A stretch of DNA of 64,000 nucleotides, taken from a virus. Taxonomy: Duplodnaviria; Caudoviricetes. The notes below the pieces were generated by a model. That model saw only the letters and a list, made by a program, of their open reading frames with translations, did not search any database and was not told the origin of the DNA. The translations under genes and the position numbers were made by a program. This document shows positions 29,350 through 39,179 of this stretch, one piece after another. The stretch spans positions 64,001 to 128,000 of the IMG/VR virus record IMGVR_UViG_3300033068_001989. One strand, given 5' to 3'. Position 1 is the first letter of the stretch. Every line of letters begins with the position of its first letter.

Positions 29350-29685
29350 TTAGAAATCAGATAATTTTTTAATGATATTGTCACTGGTATCGGATTCGCT
29401 AGTATTAAAAGCAGTACCAAAGGATCCAGCATCTGCCATACCCTGTTTTCCGTCAATATCGATTCTGTATCCAGGAACGTTTATCTTAGATTGGTGTCCA
29501 AATACTGCATCAGCATATCCAACGAAATCATATCTGGCTTCCCTTTTTATTTTAGATAAACCTGTAGCATCCTCTCTGTCCTCTTGATTTGCAGGTGCGA
29601 AGGGTTTGTATTTATCATCATGTACCTTTGTTAAAAATTTATCAAAGTCAAGTATATCTCTTTTGCTTACGTCTTTTTGATTCAT
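29350..29685 (-). CDS. Small putative head protein
   Basis: ILDFDKF and C-terminal IIKKLSDF resemble the targeting-like motif of neighbours. Confidence 0.45.
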   Translation of the reverse strand: MNQKDVSKRDILDFDKFLTKVHDDKYKPFAPANQEDREDATGLSKIKREARYDFVGYADAVFGHQSKINVPGYRIDIDGKQGMADAGSFGTAFNTSESDTSDNIIKKLSDF

Positions 29686-29696
29686 AGCTTATATTT

Positions 29697-30344
29697 TTAT
29701 TTTACTATTGCTGCTGTATTATTACCACCTAATAATCCACCCATTATGTTACTAATGAAAGATCCGCTATCTCCTTTTTTATCACCAGATACAGCCTTAT
29801 CCCCAGCAGCCTTAGTTAGTGCATTACTAAAATGAGCTTTATCTTTACTATTGAGAGATGATATGATATCACCACCTATATTATCATCACCAAATAATTC
29901 AAAAAGGAATTTTTCAATTCTCTCTCTTCCTGTTGCTTTATCCTGTATTGTATTTACAAGGGTTCTTAATATTATACTGGTAGGCTTTAATCCAATTCCT
30001 TTTGCTATCCCATCGAATCCCTTTCTCTCTAATGTAAATTGTATAGCTTCTGCGATTTTAGGAATGAAAAATTTCATATTATTATTGTCACCACTGAGTA
30101 TACCTGGCCACTCTTTCATATCTATGCTAGAAACTACTTGTTGTACAAATTCGGATGCAATAGTTTCCTCCTCTATTCCAAGCTTTTCTAAGAGCATTGA
30201 AGTAAATTTTTGTTTTACTGTATCGATAAACCCATCTCCTAGATATCCTATGGTTTTACCAAGCAAGCCCATTATATCAAAATCCTCATGGATTTGATCT
30301 TCGTTTGAAGAAAATGCATCAAAGTTTTTAACTATTCTTGTCAT
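29697..30344 (-). CDS. Putative internal head protein (start revised from 30374)
   Basis: GATATATA overlaps the longest-ORF start; MTRIVKNFDAFSSNE fits the targeting motif. Confidence 0.5.
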   Translation of the reverse strand: MTRIVKNFDAFSSNEDQIHEDFDIMGLLGKTIGYLGDGFIDTVKQKFTSMLLEKLGIEEETIASEFVQQVVSSIDMKEWPGILSGDNNNMKFFIPKIAEAIQFTLERKGFDGIAKGIGLKPTSIILRTLVNTIQDKATGRERIEKFLFELFGDDNIGGDIISSLNSKDKAHFSNALTKAAGDKAVSGDKKGDSGSFISNIMGGLLGGNNTAAIVK

Positions 30345-30395
30345 TCTTACATTTTTATTTATGTATATATCCAAGAAGTTTCAGATTAATAAAGA

Positions 30396-31802
30396 TTATG
30401 CTCTAGATAGAAATAAATCGACAGCTTTTTGTCTATATGCTAATTTATCTTCCTTTATTTCCGGATTCTTTAATGCTTCTTTTTTTCTATCGACTATCGA
30501 ACTTGGAAGCATAGGACCAAAGGTGTCCTTAAGTATCTTCTTATCTGTTCTCCATTCCAGCGGTAAATGCATAGCAAATCTAATTATATCATTATTAAGA
30601 AATGGAGATCTTAGTTCGAGCGTATGCGCCATCGACATCTTATCCAATCTTGGTAGGTGATAAAAACTAAGCTCTTGGAAGATATCGGATTTCTGTGAAT
30701 CATATTCATGTATTCTTGAATATCCACCAAAAAGCTCATCCGAACCATCGCCGCTTATCACTATTCGATAATCGGTATTTTTACGAATCGTTTCGAAAAG
30801 ATGATACTGGGGAATAACCGATCCAAGGTCTATAGGTGATTCGTTCCATTTGGCGTATATAAGCGCATTCTTTTCCGAATCCATATCATAGTCTAGGAAA
30901 TTTGTAGAAGTCTCTAAATGAGCTTCTAAATCATTAACAAAGGGGGTTTCTCCGTTCTCTATACTAAACCATTTAACATCAGATCCAGATTCCTTAAGTA
31001 TCGCAGCAATTATAGCAGAATCAAGTCCACCGGAAACAAGTATCGATATTGGATAATTTCTAGAAACTAGTCTATTATTAACACTTTCGAACATCTTATC
31101 CCATAGCCAATCCTTATGTGTTTCATAATCCTCGCCAACTAGTTCTGGTATTGGTGTGTTCCATATTCTATAATATTCAGAATATGTTTGTTCAAACATT
31201 GGGGAGCTCATGTTCCATGAATATATTGTATTCGGGAGTAATCTTTTTATATTACTATAAGCAGTTCTGTTATCTGTATTATAACCAAATTTTCTGACAG
31301 AGCTTATGAACTTATCGTCAATCTTTGAATTATCTGTATACAATCCCTTTATTTCAGAACATACCTCACCAAGTTCATTCTTATATAGACACTTCTTACC
31401 AAGTGGATCGGTAAATGATATTACCTGTTTTGTCGAAGTGCTATATAAAACTATAGACCAGAATCCGTCCCATGTGCAAATATGTGGAATATACATTGCA
31501 GAAAAGAATTCTAGATTGACTCCGCCTAATTTAGAAAAAAGATTACATAAATATTCGGTATCCGAAGAAAATAGATTTTGATCATAATTAAATATCTCAC
31601 CATTAAACATCATATAGATGTCCTTAGCGACATTAATCGGTTGCCCCCAATCATCACCATCCAAAGTTTGAATTGGTAATCTATGATGACATAAAGTTAC
31701 ATTATCAAAGGTCTCGCTTTGAACCTCTATACCTCTATGTTTTATTGAATCAAGTATTTCCGGATTTTTCTTAGCACCGGTTGTTAGTAATATACCGCAC
31801 AT
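30396..31802 (-). CDS. asnB: Asparagine synthetase B-like Ntn amidotransferase / ATP-pyrophosphatase
   Basis: MCGIL N-terminal Cys, HRG, HHRL, FNGEIFN, SGGLDS, SGDGSDELFGGY, DKMSMAHTLELRSPFL. Confidence 0.85.
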   Translation of the reverse strand: MCGILLTTGAKKNPEILDSIKHRGIEVQSETFDNVTLCHHRLPIQTLDGDDWGQPINVAKDIYMMFNGEIFNYDQNLFSSDTEYLCNLFSKLGGVNLEFFSAMYIPHICTWDGFWSIVLYSTSTKQVISFTDPLGKKCLYKNELGEVCSEIKGLYTDNSKIDDKFISSVRKFGYNTDNRTAYSNIKRLLPNTIYSWNMSSPMFEQTYSEYYRIWNTPIPELVGEDYETHKDWLWDKMFESVNNRLVSRNYPISILVSGGLDSAIIAAILKESGSDVKWFSIENGETPFVNDLEAHLETSTNFLDYDMDSEKNALIYAKWNESPIDLGSVIPQYHLFETIRKNTDYRIVISGDGSDELFGGYSRIHEYDSQKSDIFQELSFYHLPRLDKMSMAHTLELRSPFLNNDIIRFAMHLPLEWRTDKKILKDTFGPMLPSSIVDRKKEALKNPEIKEDKLAYRQKAVDLFLSRA

Positions 31803-31804
31803 AA

Positions 31805-32362
31805 TTATATTTGATTTATTAGTTTTATTAATTCATCCACGCTTCCATCAGTGAAGTCGTTCTGGAATATTCTTATATTATCAAAGCCAAGTTCTACAAA
31901 CTTATAGATAACAAACTCGAATGAAGATCTCTCGGAATTATCAAGTTCTGCATAATCCCATTGGTCCTTATTTCTATCGGATTTATCAGGATTGTTACCA
32001 TTTATATAAATCACAGAAGTTTCAGACATTAGATTTTTATCCTTTATGAATTCTATTTGTTTTATAACATCATCCTTGGTTATTCTATTCTCAGAAAGAC
32101 CCCAAGCAAGAACAGTTAATATACCTCTATCGTGAATAAAGTCCGGGATCGTTCCCTTTAGATCCTTAGCTATCTGCATTATCATAAGTTCCTTGCCCAT
32201 TGAGAATGAATGTGCTTCTCTATTATCCTTGCTTCTCAATTCAAGTAAGTTGAAATAGCTACCAAAATCAAACTGAAATCTTGGAAGATTCAATTTTGAT
32301 TCCATTTCTTTGGAAAGATATGTCTTTCCTGAATTTCTAGGTCCTTCAAATACGTATATCAT
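31805..32362 (-). CDS. Thymidylate/dNMP kinase-like P-loop kinase
   Basis: IYVFEGPRNSGKT P-loop; IHDRG motif. Confidence 0.7.
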   Translation of the reverse strand: MIYVFEGPRNSGKTYLSKEMESKLNLPRFQFDFGSYFNLLELRSKDNREAHSFSMGKELMIMQIAKDLKGTIPDFIHDRGILTVLAWGLSENRITKDDVIKQIEFIKDKNLMSETSVIYINGNNPDKSDRNKDQWDYAELDNSERSSFEFVIYKFVELGFDNIRIFQNDFTDGSVDELIKLINQI

Positions 32363-32413
32363 AAATATTATAGATGAAAAAAATAATTTAATTTCGACCC
32401 TATAAAATTACAC

Positions 32414-32447
32414 AAAAAAAGAAGGATATTTAAAATCCTTCTTTTTT
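32414..32447 (-). terminator. Intrinsic terminator
   Basis: A7-GAAGGAT-loop-ATCCTTC-T6 after the 839-aa gene. Confidence 0.75.
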
Positions 32448-32465
32448 ATTAAAAATAATTATTTA

Positions 32466-34985
32466 TTACTTTACTTCAACACATTTTAATGGTGATTTTT
32501 GTGGGAAATCTTTAAATTCAACAGTATTAATTCTTTTACAGAGATTTGAAACTGCTGGATATATCGTTTTAGTAATTCTTCTAAGGTTCAGAACAACTAT
32601 ACCCTTGGATGCCATCATACCGGTACCTGGTTTAAGCCTAATTAATGGGACCAAAGAAGAAAGAGCTTTTTCTTCAGTATAGCCATCGTTATTTTTTTTA
32701 TTTAATATTGATACAATCTCAGATCTTTTTGGATTGATTAATGTATCCTTACTAAATGTTAATATCTCTCCGTCACCTGCTTGATCCTGCATCAATCTAT
32801 CATCAGCTACTCTCTGACAAATATCTTCAGTTAGAATATTATCAGATACCCATTTAATACAAGGAACGTATTTTTTCTTATCCATATCATACGTTACACA
32901 ATTTGATATTGAAACTAGAAGGGTATTTAATAATAAAAATTCATAATATCCCATATCAGGATTAGATGAATCCACATCCAATGCAATTTCAAATGCTCTT
33001 TTAATATCACCCTTCATATTTTCCATGGATATAAAAGGAACCTCTTTATTTGTTAAAATAGTACTTATTCTATTTGCTATGTTTTTAAACTTAGCTTTAT
33101 TTGAAAGTCCAGATATAAACCCACTTAATTCTTTATATTTTTTTTCATGGTTAATATACCCAAGTGTACTAAACTGTAATGCATTATTTTTAAAGAAAAG
33201 GTAGACGTCGTCCTTCTCGTCAACTTTCTCAAATTTTGGCCAGTTAGAAGGTGATTTTAATGAGGTGTCCTTTCTATTTATTCTATATAAACCACCATCA
33301 TTAAAGAAGTATCCATAATCATTAGGTGAAGAAGCTACATCCTCTAATGCTTTCATCCAAGCTTTGATAAACTTGGGATTGTACGAAGGCTTAAGTGATC
33401 CGTCGGTTCTAGTAAAGTTCGTTCCCTCAACATCGATCTTATAAACGCTTCTAAGCTTTTCTGCAAGTTTATTAGCATCAACAGATTTTGTTTCTTCTGA
33501 GTCCCCGTCTTCCTCTCCCTCCTTTGGTTCAGATTTACTCTTATTCTGGGAAAGAGGCTCGCTAGAAATTGTTTCTTTATACTGAGCATCGAGTTCCTTC
33601 TCGAAATCATCATTATTGATTGTTATCTTCTTATTTTCATTTATTTCAGATCCCTTAATAAAATCATCAAATGAAAAAACAGTTGATACACTTTCGTTCA
33701 TTTTAACCTTAGCAACATCGAGTGCTTTATGTATTATTTTTTTATTCTCATCAGAAACCCAATCAGAAGCAAGTATATCAGAAAGCAATGCCTGATCAAT
33801 TTCGCCATTAACATTCTTATTTCCCTCCATTTTCTGTATAGTCGAGATAACAGATTTTGTAGCTGGTCCATACTTACCGTTAGGACCACCTTTAGATTTT
33901 ATTAATTTACCTGCTGCTGGTATACCATCACAAAGAGCTTTTTGTATTGCGAATATTAACCCGCTATCCTTAAATTTATCATCAGCATCAGTATTACCTC
34001 TACTTATAGGAAATAAAGTTTTATTGAAAATTTCTTCCTTCTCCTTATGTTCATCCTTTATAGTAACAAGTGCTGTTGAATATTGTGAATCTGCTCTAGT
34101 CTTTAATAATTTAGCCTCATCGCAAAGTGTATTTACATCACCATAAGCTCCATTAAGTTCCTCGTCATTCTGTATATTTGTAAGTGATTTATCTATTGCA
34201 GCATTTGAAGCTTTAATATACTCTAATCTATACTTATCAACTTGTTTTTCGAGATCATCTAAAGCCTTCTTATCTTTCTCACCAAATGCACCCTTAGAAG
34301 TATCTAAAGATTTTCTTTTCTCATCAAGATCAACAAAAGTAGTCTGCCAATCTCTTCCATATCCATTCTTAGATGTTTTTCCATTCGACGAAAGTATAAG
34401 ATTTGCTAATATTTTTCTAAGATCATCAACTCTACCTTTATATCCAGTGAATATACCGGCCTCGTTTAGCATATCTAATTCCCCATTAAAATAGTAAGAC
34501 TCTGCAATTCCATTTTTTGAATCGTTCTCCTCCTTGGCAGATTTTGCAAGTTGTTCAGTTCTTCTTTGTTTAACCTGAGCACCAGCTTTCATATAATCTA
34601 GTATGAACTTCTCGTTTGCTTTGTTTACTTTACATGCACTTATTAAAGCTTCTGTATATTTCTCAAGTGCTTGTAAATATAAATTTTTTGACTCCGCATA
34701 TGCTGGAGTTTTAACCCCGCTTTCGGCAGAATCGTTTCTAAGTACAGCAACTAAAGATTCTATCGTATCCGCAGAAATTATAGGTGATAGTTTTTCTCTA
34801 CTACCCTCAGGATTTCTTTCTCTTGATGGTGCTATATCAAAAACAACCCTCTGATATATGTCGAGACAAGCATCAGATATTGTTCTTAATACATTATCAA
34901 CAGCTTCATTTTCAAACAGTTTTCCAGATATACTATTTTCGTATATAGCTCTAGCCACCGGATTATTTTTTAAATATTGATTCAT
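32466..34985 (-). CDS. Large coiled-coil putative internal virion protein with a peptidoglycan-binding (PGBD-like) module
   Basis: AIQKAL..NGKYGPATKSVISTIQK..VNGEID; several x-N-E/S sites (LNEA, MNES, INEN). Confidence 0.5.
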   Translation of the reverse strand: MNQYLKNNPVARAIYENSISGKLFENEAVDNVLRTISDACLDIYQRVVFDIAPSRERNPEGSREKLSPIISADTIESLVAVLRNDSAESGVKTPAYAESKNLYLQALEKYTEALISACKVNKANEKFILDYMKAGAQVKQRRTEQLAKSAKEENDSKNGIAESYYFNGELDMLNEAGIFTGYKGRVDDLRKILANLILSSNGKTSKNGYGRDWQTTFVDLDEKRKSLDTSKGAFGEKDKKALDDLEKQVDKYRLEYIKASNAAIDKSLTNIQNDEELNGAYGDVNTLCDEAKLLKTRADSQYSTALVTIKDEHKEKEEIFNKTLFPISRGNTDADDKFKDSGLIFAIQKALCDGIPAAGKLIKSKGGPNGKYGPATKSVISTIQKMEGNKNVNGEIDQALLSDILASDWVSDENKKIIHKALDVAKVKMNESVSTVFSFDDFIKGSEINENKKITINNDDFEKELDAQYKETISSEPLSQNKSKSEPKEGEEDGDSEETKSVDANKLAEKLRSVYKIDVEGTNFTRTDGSLKPSYNPKFIKAWMKALEDVASSPNDYGYFFNDGGLYRINRKDTSLKSPSNWPKFEKVDEKDDVYLFFKNNALQFSTLGYINHEKKYKELSGFISGLSNKAKFKNIANRISTILTNKEVPFISMENMKGDIKRAFEIALDVDSSNPDMGYYEFLLLNTLLVSISNCVTYDMDKKKYVPCIKWVSDNILTEDICQRVADDRLMQDQAGDGEILTFSKDTLINPKRSEIVSILNKKNNDGYTEEKALSSLVPLIRLKPGTGMMASKGIVVLNLRRITKTIYPAVSNLCKRINTVEFKDFPQKSPLKCVEVK

Positions 34986-34997
34986 ATCTTTATTAGT

Positions 34998-35258
34998 TTA
35001 TGTTGTAGTAGGCGTAGCTACCGTTTTTGGTTGTTTTTTAATTTCAGCAGAAAGAGCTTTCATCGTATTAGATATCTTAATATGAACTGCTGCTTGCTGA
35101 TCCAGACTCGCTGCTTCAGAAGCAGGATCTCCCTCTTTCTTAATAGATTTTGCATCAGTTAGTTCGTCAAAATTTTGAGATAACTGTAATCTTAATTGCT
35201 GTATCTTTGTTGCCTCGGATTCATCCTCTAGCAGTCTAAATGAATTAAATGTTATCAT
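34998..35258 (-). CDS. Small putative internal head protein
   Basis: MITFNSFRLLEDESE N terminus; ATGA overlap with the upstream gene. Confidence 0.5.
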   Translation of the reverse strand: MITFNSFRLLEDESEATKIQQLRLQLSQNFDELTDAKSIKKEGDPASEAASLDQQAAVHIKISNTMKALSAEIKKQPKTVATPTTT

Positions 35259-36157
35259 CTTCTAACAACAGTTATTTTTCCTCTAAGATCTCTAATCTTA
35301 TCCATATACTTTTCACGTATCTCCTTAAGTTTAGCTGCTGCACTCTCCTTGGTTGCACCAACACCCTGTTTTTTAGCTATCAGCTCATTGAGAGCATCTC
35401 TTTCAACATCCATTTGTACATAAAGATCATTTCTTTTTCTTATAAGAAAAGAAACTAATTCTCTAACATCACCCTTATCCATAGTTCTAGCATTTTTTGC
35501 AAAATCTGTTATGGACATATTTAAAAACTGTTCCATTTGAGAATCACTTAATCCCGTGGATCCTCCACCAGAAACTGTAGAATTTGGTTCATTTTCTTTA
35601 CCTCTTCCAGTACCACTTATAAGATCACCATACAACTTTCTAAATTCAGAATCCTTTTCCTTAGCCTTTATAACAGTTGCTTTGTATTTATTATATAGGG
35701 ATTTACCTAAAGTTGCATCTGCTAGATTCTTTGCTCTTTTGTACATATCCTCTGCAACTTCAGCATCAACCTTTGTTTTATTGAATTCCCAATATTTCTT
35801 AAGCTTAGTATCGCCATTAATTTCTTGCTTTACCTTGCTCATTATCATATCTATTCTCTTCGCATGTGCTTTCTCGCCAGCTTCTAGAGCATGATTATTT
35901 TTATCTATGAATTTCTCAATTCTTTTAAGCTCAGCAGGATCACTTTTAGTTTGACCTTTTTCGAGATCAAGCTTATCTAATTCGCTTTGTAGCTTCTCCC
36001 ATTCATCAACATAATCGCTCTCGGCAGATCTGTATTCTTCTATTATATCATCGATTTTACCTATAGGTCCACCAAATTTACTACTAAACCAGTTTTTTAC
36101 TTTGTCTATTATACTAGCTTCGTTAATTTGATCCCAATCTTTAAATTTTAAAGTCAT
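35255..36157 (-). CDS. Coiled-coil putative internal head protein (paralog of 36161-37336)
   Basis: MTLKFKDWDQINEAS; shares KQxxNGxxxxKxY..ExAExxYKxAK with its neighbour. Confidence 0.55.
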   Translation of the reverse strand: MTLKFKDWDQINEASIIDKVKNWFSSKFGGPIGKIDDIIEEYRSAESDYVDEWEKLQSELDKLDLEKGQTKSDPAELKRIEKFIDKNNHALEAGEKAHAKRIDMIMSKVKQEINGDTKLKKYWEFNKTKVDAEVAEDMYKRAKNLADATLGKSLYNKYKATVIKAKEKDSEFRKLYGDLISGTGRGKENEPNSTVSGGGSTGLSDSQMEQFLNMSITDFAKNARTMDKGDVRELVSFLIRKRNDLYVQMDVERDALNELIAKKQGVGATKESAAAKLKEIREKYMDKIRDLRGKITVVRR

Positions 36158-36160
36158 TGC

Positions 36161-37336
36161 TTATTTATTTATTTTTTCCTTTAGTTTATCTATAATACCT
36201 GTTGTTAATACACCAGATTTACCTATACCTACCGTTGAAAATGCATCTCTAAATGCCTTTAATACCTCACCTTTTATCTGTTTAGCATTACCCGCACCTT
36301 TATTGATTTTATCTATAGCATCTTTAAATTCCTTATTATTTCCAAGGGATTTTTCAATTTCAGCTGCGTTCTTTCCTAGATTTCTAAATGTTGAAAGAAG
36401 TTCCTTCTTATAATCAAGAGCAGTTGCCATTTCTATAAGATCAAGTTTTGCATTTTCTAGATATCTCTCGGTTAGAGGCTTAGTTGATTTTTTTATCTTA
36501 TTGGAAATTTGATTTAGTTTTCTCTCCATGTCAGATTTAATATCTGCTATTTCTTTCTCGAGTTCATTTTTTCTTTTAATTATATCGCCACCCTTTCTTC
36601 TAGATATAATCTTTTTCTCCTTCTCAGCATCAAACGAAACCTCAGCTTTTACTTCCTTAGGTTCCTTATCCTCCTCCTTCTTCATTTGTTCCTCTATCTC
36701 CCTAGCTTTAGCTTCTGCTTCTTCTCTGGCTTTAGCAACTTTCTCCTCATAGGATTTTAATGCTGTCTGATCCTCAGATCTTTCTTTTGCTAGTTTATAT
36801 TCAAGCTCAGCCATTTCTATTTCATTCTCTGCATAACACGATTCCAGATATTCCTTTCTTCTAGAATTTCCATTAACTATTTGCTTTGCAACATCCCTTG
36901 CTTTTTTAAGCTTAAGATTCTGTGCTTTCTCGTATGCATCAAACTCATTAGTTTTAGCTTCTCTCTCCTTAGCTATTGCATCGATTTTTTCTTTATTACC
37001 TTCCTTTGCTAATTGATCTATTTGTTCATCAAATTTAGCTATGGTTTTTCTTAAATCGCTAGCTTTCTGTATAAGATCAAGTTCCAATGAAAGAACTATT
37101 CTTACTGCTTCGTCTATCATACCGACACCAGAAAATGATCCAAGAAGGAATTTAGAGAGTTTATTTGTTAAAAAATTAGCTATTCTTCCTTCGTTTATAG
37201 GAGATATTATTTCTGGGATTTCGATTGATCTTAATTCTTTAAGAAATGATGGGTCAAGATTCTCTATCAAGCCTTCATATTGTTCAAAATCCTCAAAAGA
37301 TGGAATACTTTTCATAAATTGATTTATTTTTATCAT
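36161..37336 (-). CDS. Coiled-coil putative internal head protein (true start likely 37315)
   Basis: MKSIPSFEDF..PINEG; late motif at 37338-37345; first gene after the capsid terminator. Confidence 0.55.
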   Translation of the reverse strand: MIKINQFMKSIPSFEDFEQYEGLIENLDPSFLKELRSIEIPEIISPINEGRIANFLTNKLSKFLLGSFSGVGMIDEAVRIVLSLELDLIQKASDLRKTIAKFDEQIDQLAKEGNKEKIDAIAKEREAKTNEFDAYEKAQNLKLKKARDVAKQIVNGNSRRKEYLESCYAENEIEMAELEYKLAKERSEDQTALKSYEEKVAKAREEAEAKAREIEEQMKKEEDKEPKEVKAEVSFDAEKEKKIISRRKGGDIIKRKNELEKEIADIKSDMERKLNQISNKIKKSTKPLTERYLENAKLDLIEMATALDYKKELLSTFRNLGKNAAEIEKSLGNNKEFKDAIDKINKGAGNAKQIKGEVLKAFRDAFSTVGIGKSGVLTTGIIDKLKEKINK

Positions 37337-37378
37337 CTATATATCACAGATGTGATTTTTTATTTAAGCTCAACCCAC

Positions 37379-37410
37379 AAAAAAAGTCCCAGTAATTACT
37401 GGGACTTTTT
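37379..37410 (-). terminator. Intrinsic terminator after the major capsid gene
   Basis: AAAAAGTCCCAGTA-at-TACTGGGACTTTTT perfect inverted repeat. Confidence 0.85.
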
Positions 37411-37431
37411 GGTATATTTGCTAATCTAAGA

Positions 37432-39162
37432 TTATGCTAAACCACCAGCAGGTACGTTAACATAGAATGTTAAGTACATAGTTTCAGGTAAGAAACCAGC
37501 TTCTACTAATGCATATCTAGATTTAACTGCGATCTTAGGTGACATTGTACCTTCAGAGATTGTCTGAATAGACTCTGCCATCATGTAAGGCATGAATTTT
37601 AATCCTGGTTCGTCATCACCACCTTTTCTTCCAATTAATACTCTCGTATCGTTGTAGTTCATGTTTTGATCTACATATACTGTCATACCAGCAAGAGAAC
37701 CTACAGGGTATAAAGTACCGTTATTTTGAGTTAATGTGTTAGAGAACGGTGCGAAAGTGAACTGAGAAATATCTTGAAGTGCACTTGCTACTGCAGCGTT
37801 AGTAACGATGAAGTTAGCAGGACCTCTTCTACCTCTATTAGCTACTACGTTTGCAGCTGCAAGGATTCTAGAGAATAATCTTCTTTGAAGAGTTGATAAG
37901 TTCTCATATCCACCTGAAGCAGGACCAGCAGGGATTGGCATAGTAACGTTAGCGTCTACTTTATTAATATAAGCAGCAGTTGTACTAGCACCACCGTTTA
38001 TAATAAGGTTTAAGTTTAAGTTTTGTTGTTCAACAGAGTTGAATTGAACGTGGTTAGACCAACCTAAAGCGAATGCTCTTGCTAAGATGTGTTTGTTAAT
38101 AGCTTGAGATACTTCATTAACCAATGCGTTCTCGATCATTGAGATAACGTCGATACCGAATTGTTTGTTAAGATCTTGTATTTGCTCTGTTGTAACAGAA
38201 GCAGCTACTTGGAATGTCTCAGCTTCAACGAATTTAGTGAAAGTTGAAAGACCCATTGAGTTGAAGTATGTAGACTCACCAACACCTCTTAACATTGGGT
38301 TGTAAGTTTTAGTACCATCAACATAAGGACCTTGCCAAGCTTGATCATTAGCGAAACCAGCACCAGAGAATCCTTGGATATGATCTTCTAAAGCTTTAAC
38401 TAATTGAGCAGCATAACCGTTTGGTGAGTAAGAAGCTCCAGTTGATAAAGCAGGACCAACAATACCAAAGTTTGTAAGTGCAGTTGGAGTACCGTTGATA
38501 TAGTTATTGATGTTTGATCCAGCAGCCATACCAGTTACTTGGAAGATTGGGAAACCATCAATTCTAGAAAGACCTACGAATGTTAAGTTTAATGTTCCAA
38601 TATTACCAGTAGCACCAACAGTTGGGAATGAAGCTGCAGTAGCACCTGTAGCACCTGTAGCACCAGATCCGGTATAAACTGGGAATTTAATCATTGTTGG
38701 AGCAGTAGCTAACTGATCAGCAGCTGTTGTAGCAGCACCAGCACCAAGTTTACCACCAGCATAAACGTAATCTAAGTAAGATAAGATACCAGTAGGACCT
38801 GACATAGGGATAACTGGAACGATATCAAAACCGATAGTTTTTGCAGCAACTTGAATTGCTAAAGGCAATAATGATGGGAATTTATCTCCAGATCCTTGCC
38901 ATTGTGTGTTATAGAAACCAGCATTAGCTTGAGTAGATAATGATGTACCACCCATATTCATTCCTGGATAAGCAGGAGGCGCAACGTTACCCATACCATT
39001 AACAACACCTAAAGAGTTATAAGCTCCAGCAGACTCGTTTAATGAGTGATAGTGGCAATATTTAGTTAACCACCCTTTTTTTCCTTCATCTGTGATACCA
39101 GCTTTACTTTCAATAAGCGGTGACCATGTATCGTAGATTTCTTGTTCGTTAATCAATTTCAT
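37432..39162 (-). CDS. gp23: Major capsid protein, T4 gp23-like
   Basis: DIVPVIPMSGPTG, TTEQIQDL, NRGRRGPANFIV, FMPYM..TMSPKIAVKSRYAL; strong codon bias; N-terminal LNE/S cleavage site. Confidence 0.92.
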   Translation of the reverse strand: MKLINEQEIYDTWSPLIESKAGITDEGKKGWLTKYCHYHSLNESAGAYNSLGVVNGMGNVAPPAYPGMNMGGTSLSTQANAGFYNTQWQGSGDKFPSLLPLAIQVAAKTIGFDIVPVIPMSGPTGILSYLDYVYAGGKLGAGAATTAADQLATAPTMIKFPVYTGSGATGATGATAASFPTVGATGNIGTLNLTFVGLSRIDGFPIFQVTGMAAGSNINNYINGTPTALTNFGIVGPALSTGASYSPNGYAAQLVKALEDHIQGFSGAGFANDQAWQGPYVDGTKTYNPMLRGVGESTYFNSMGLSTFTKFVEAETFQVAASVTTEQIQDLNKQFGIDVISMIENALVNEVSQAINKHILARAFALGWSNHVQFNSVEQQNLNLNLIINGGASTTAAYINKVDANVTMPIPAGPASGGYENLSTLQRRLFSRILAAANVVANRGRRGPANFIVTNAAVASALQDISQFTFAPFSNTLTQNNGTLYPVGSLAGMTVYVDQNMNYNDTRVLIGRKGGDDEPGLKFMPYMMAESIQTISEGTMSPKIAVKSRYALVEAGFLPETMYLTFYVNVPAGGLA

Positions 39163-39179
39163 GATTTATTTACTTTTTT

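Noticed and set aside
30396-31802. Gat-QueC (7-deazaguanine pathway) or lasso-peptide cyclase
   Set aside because: No QueC Cys zinc motif, and the C-terminal motifs are AsnB-type; no lasso precursor or B protein adjacent.
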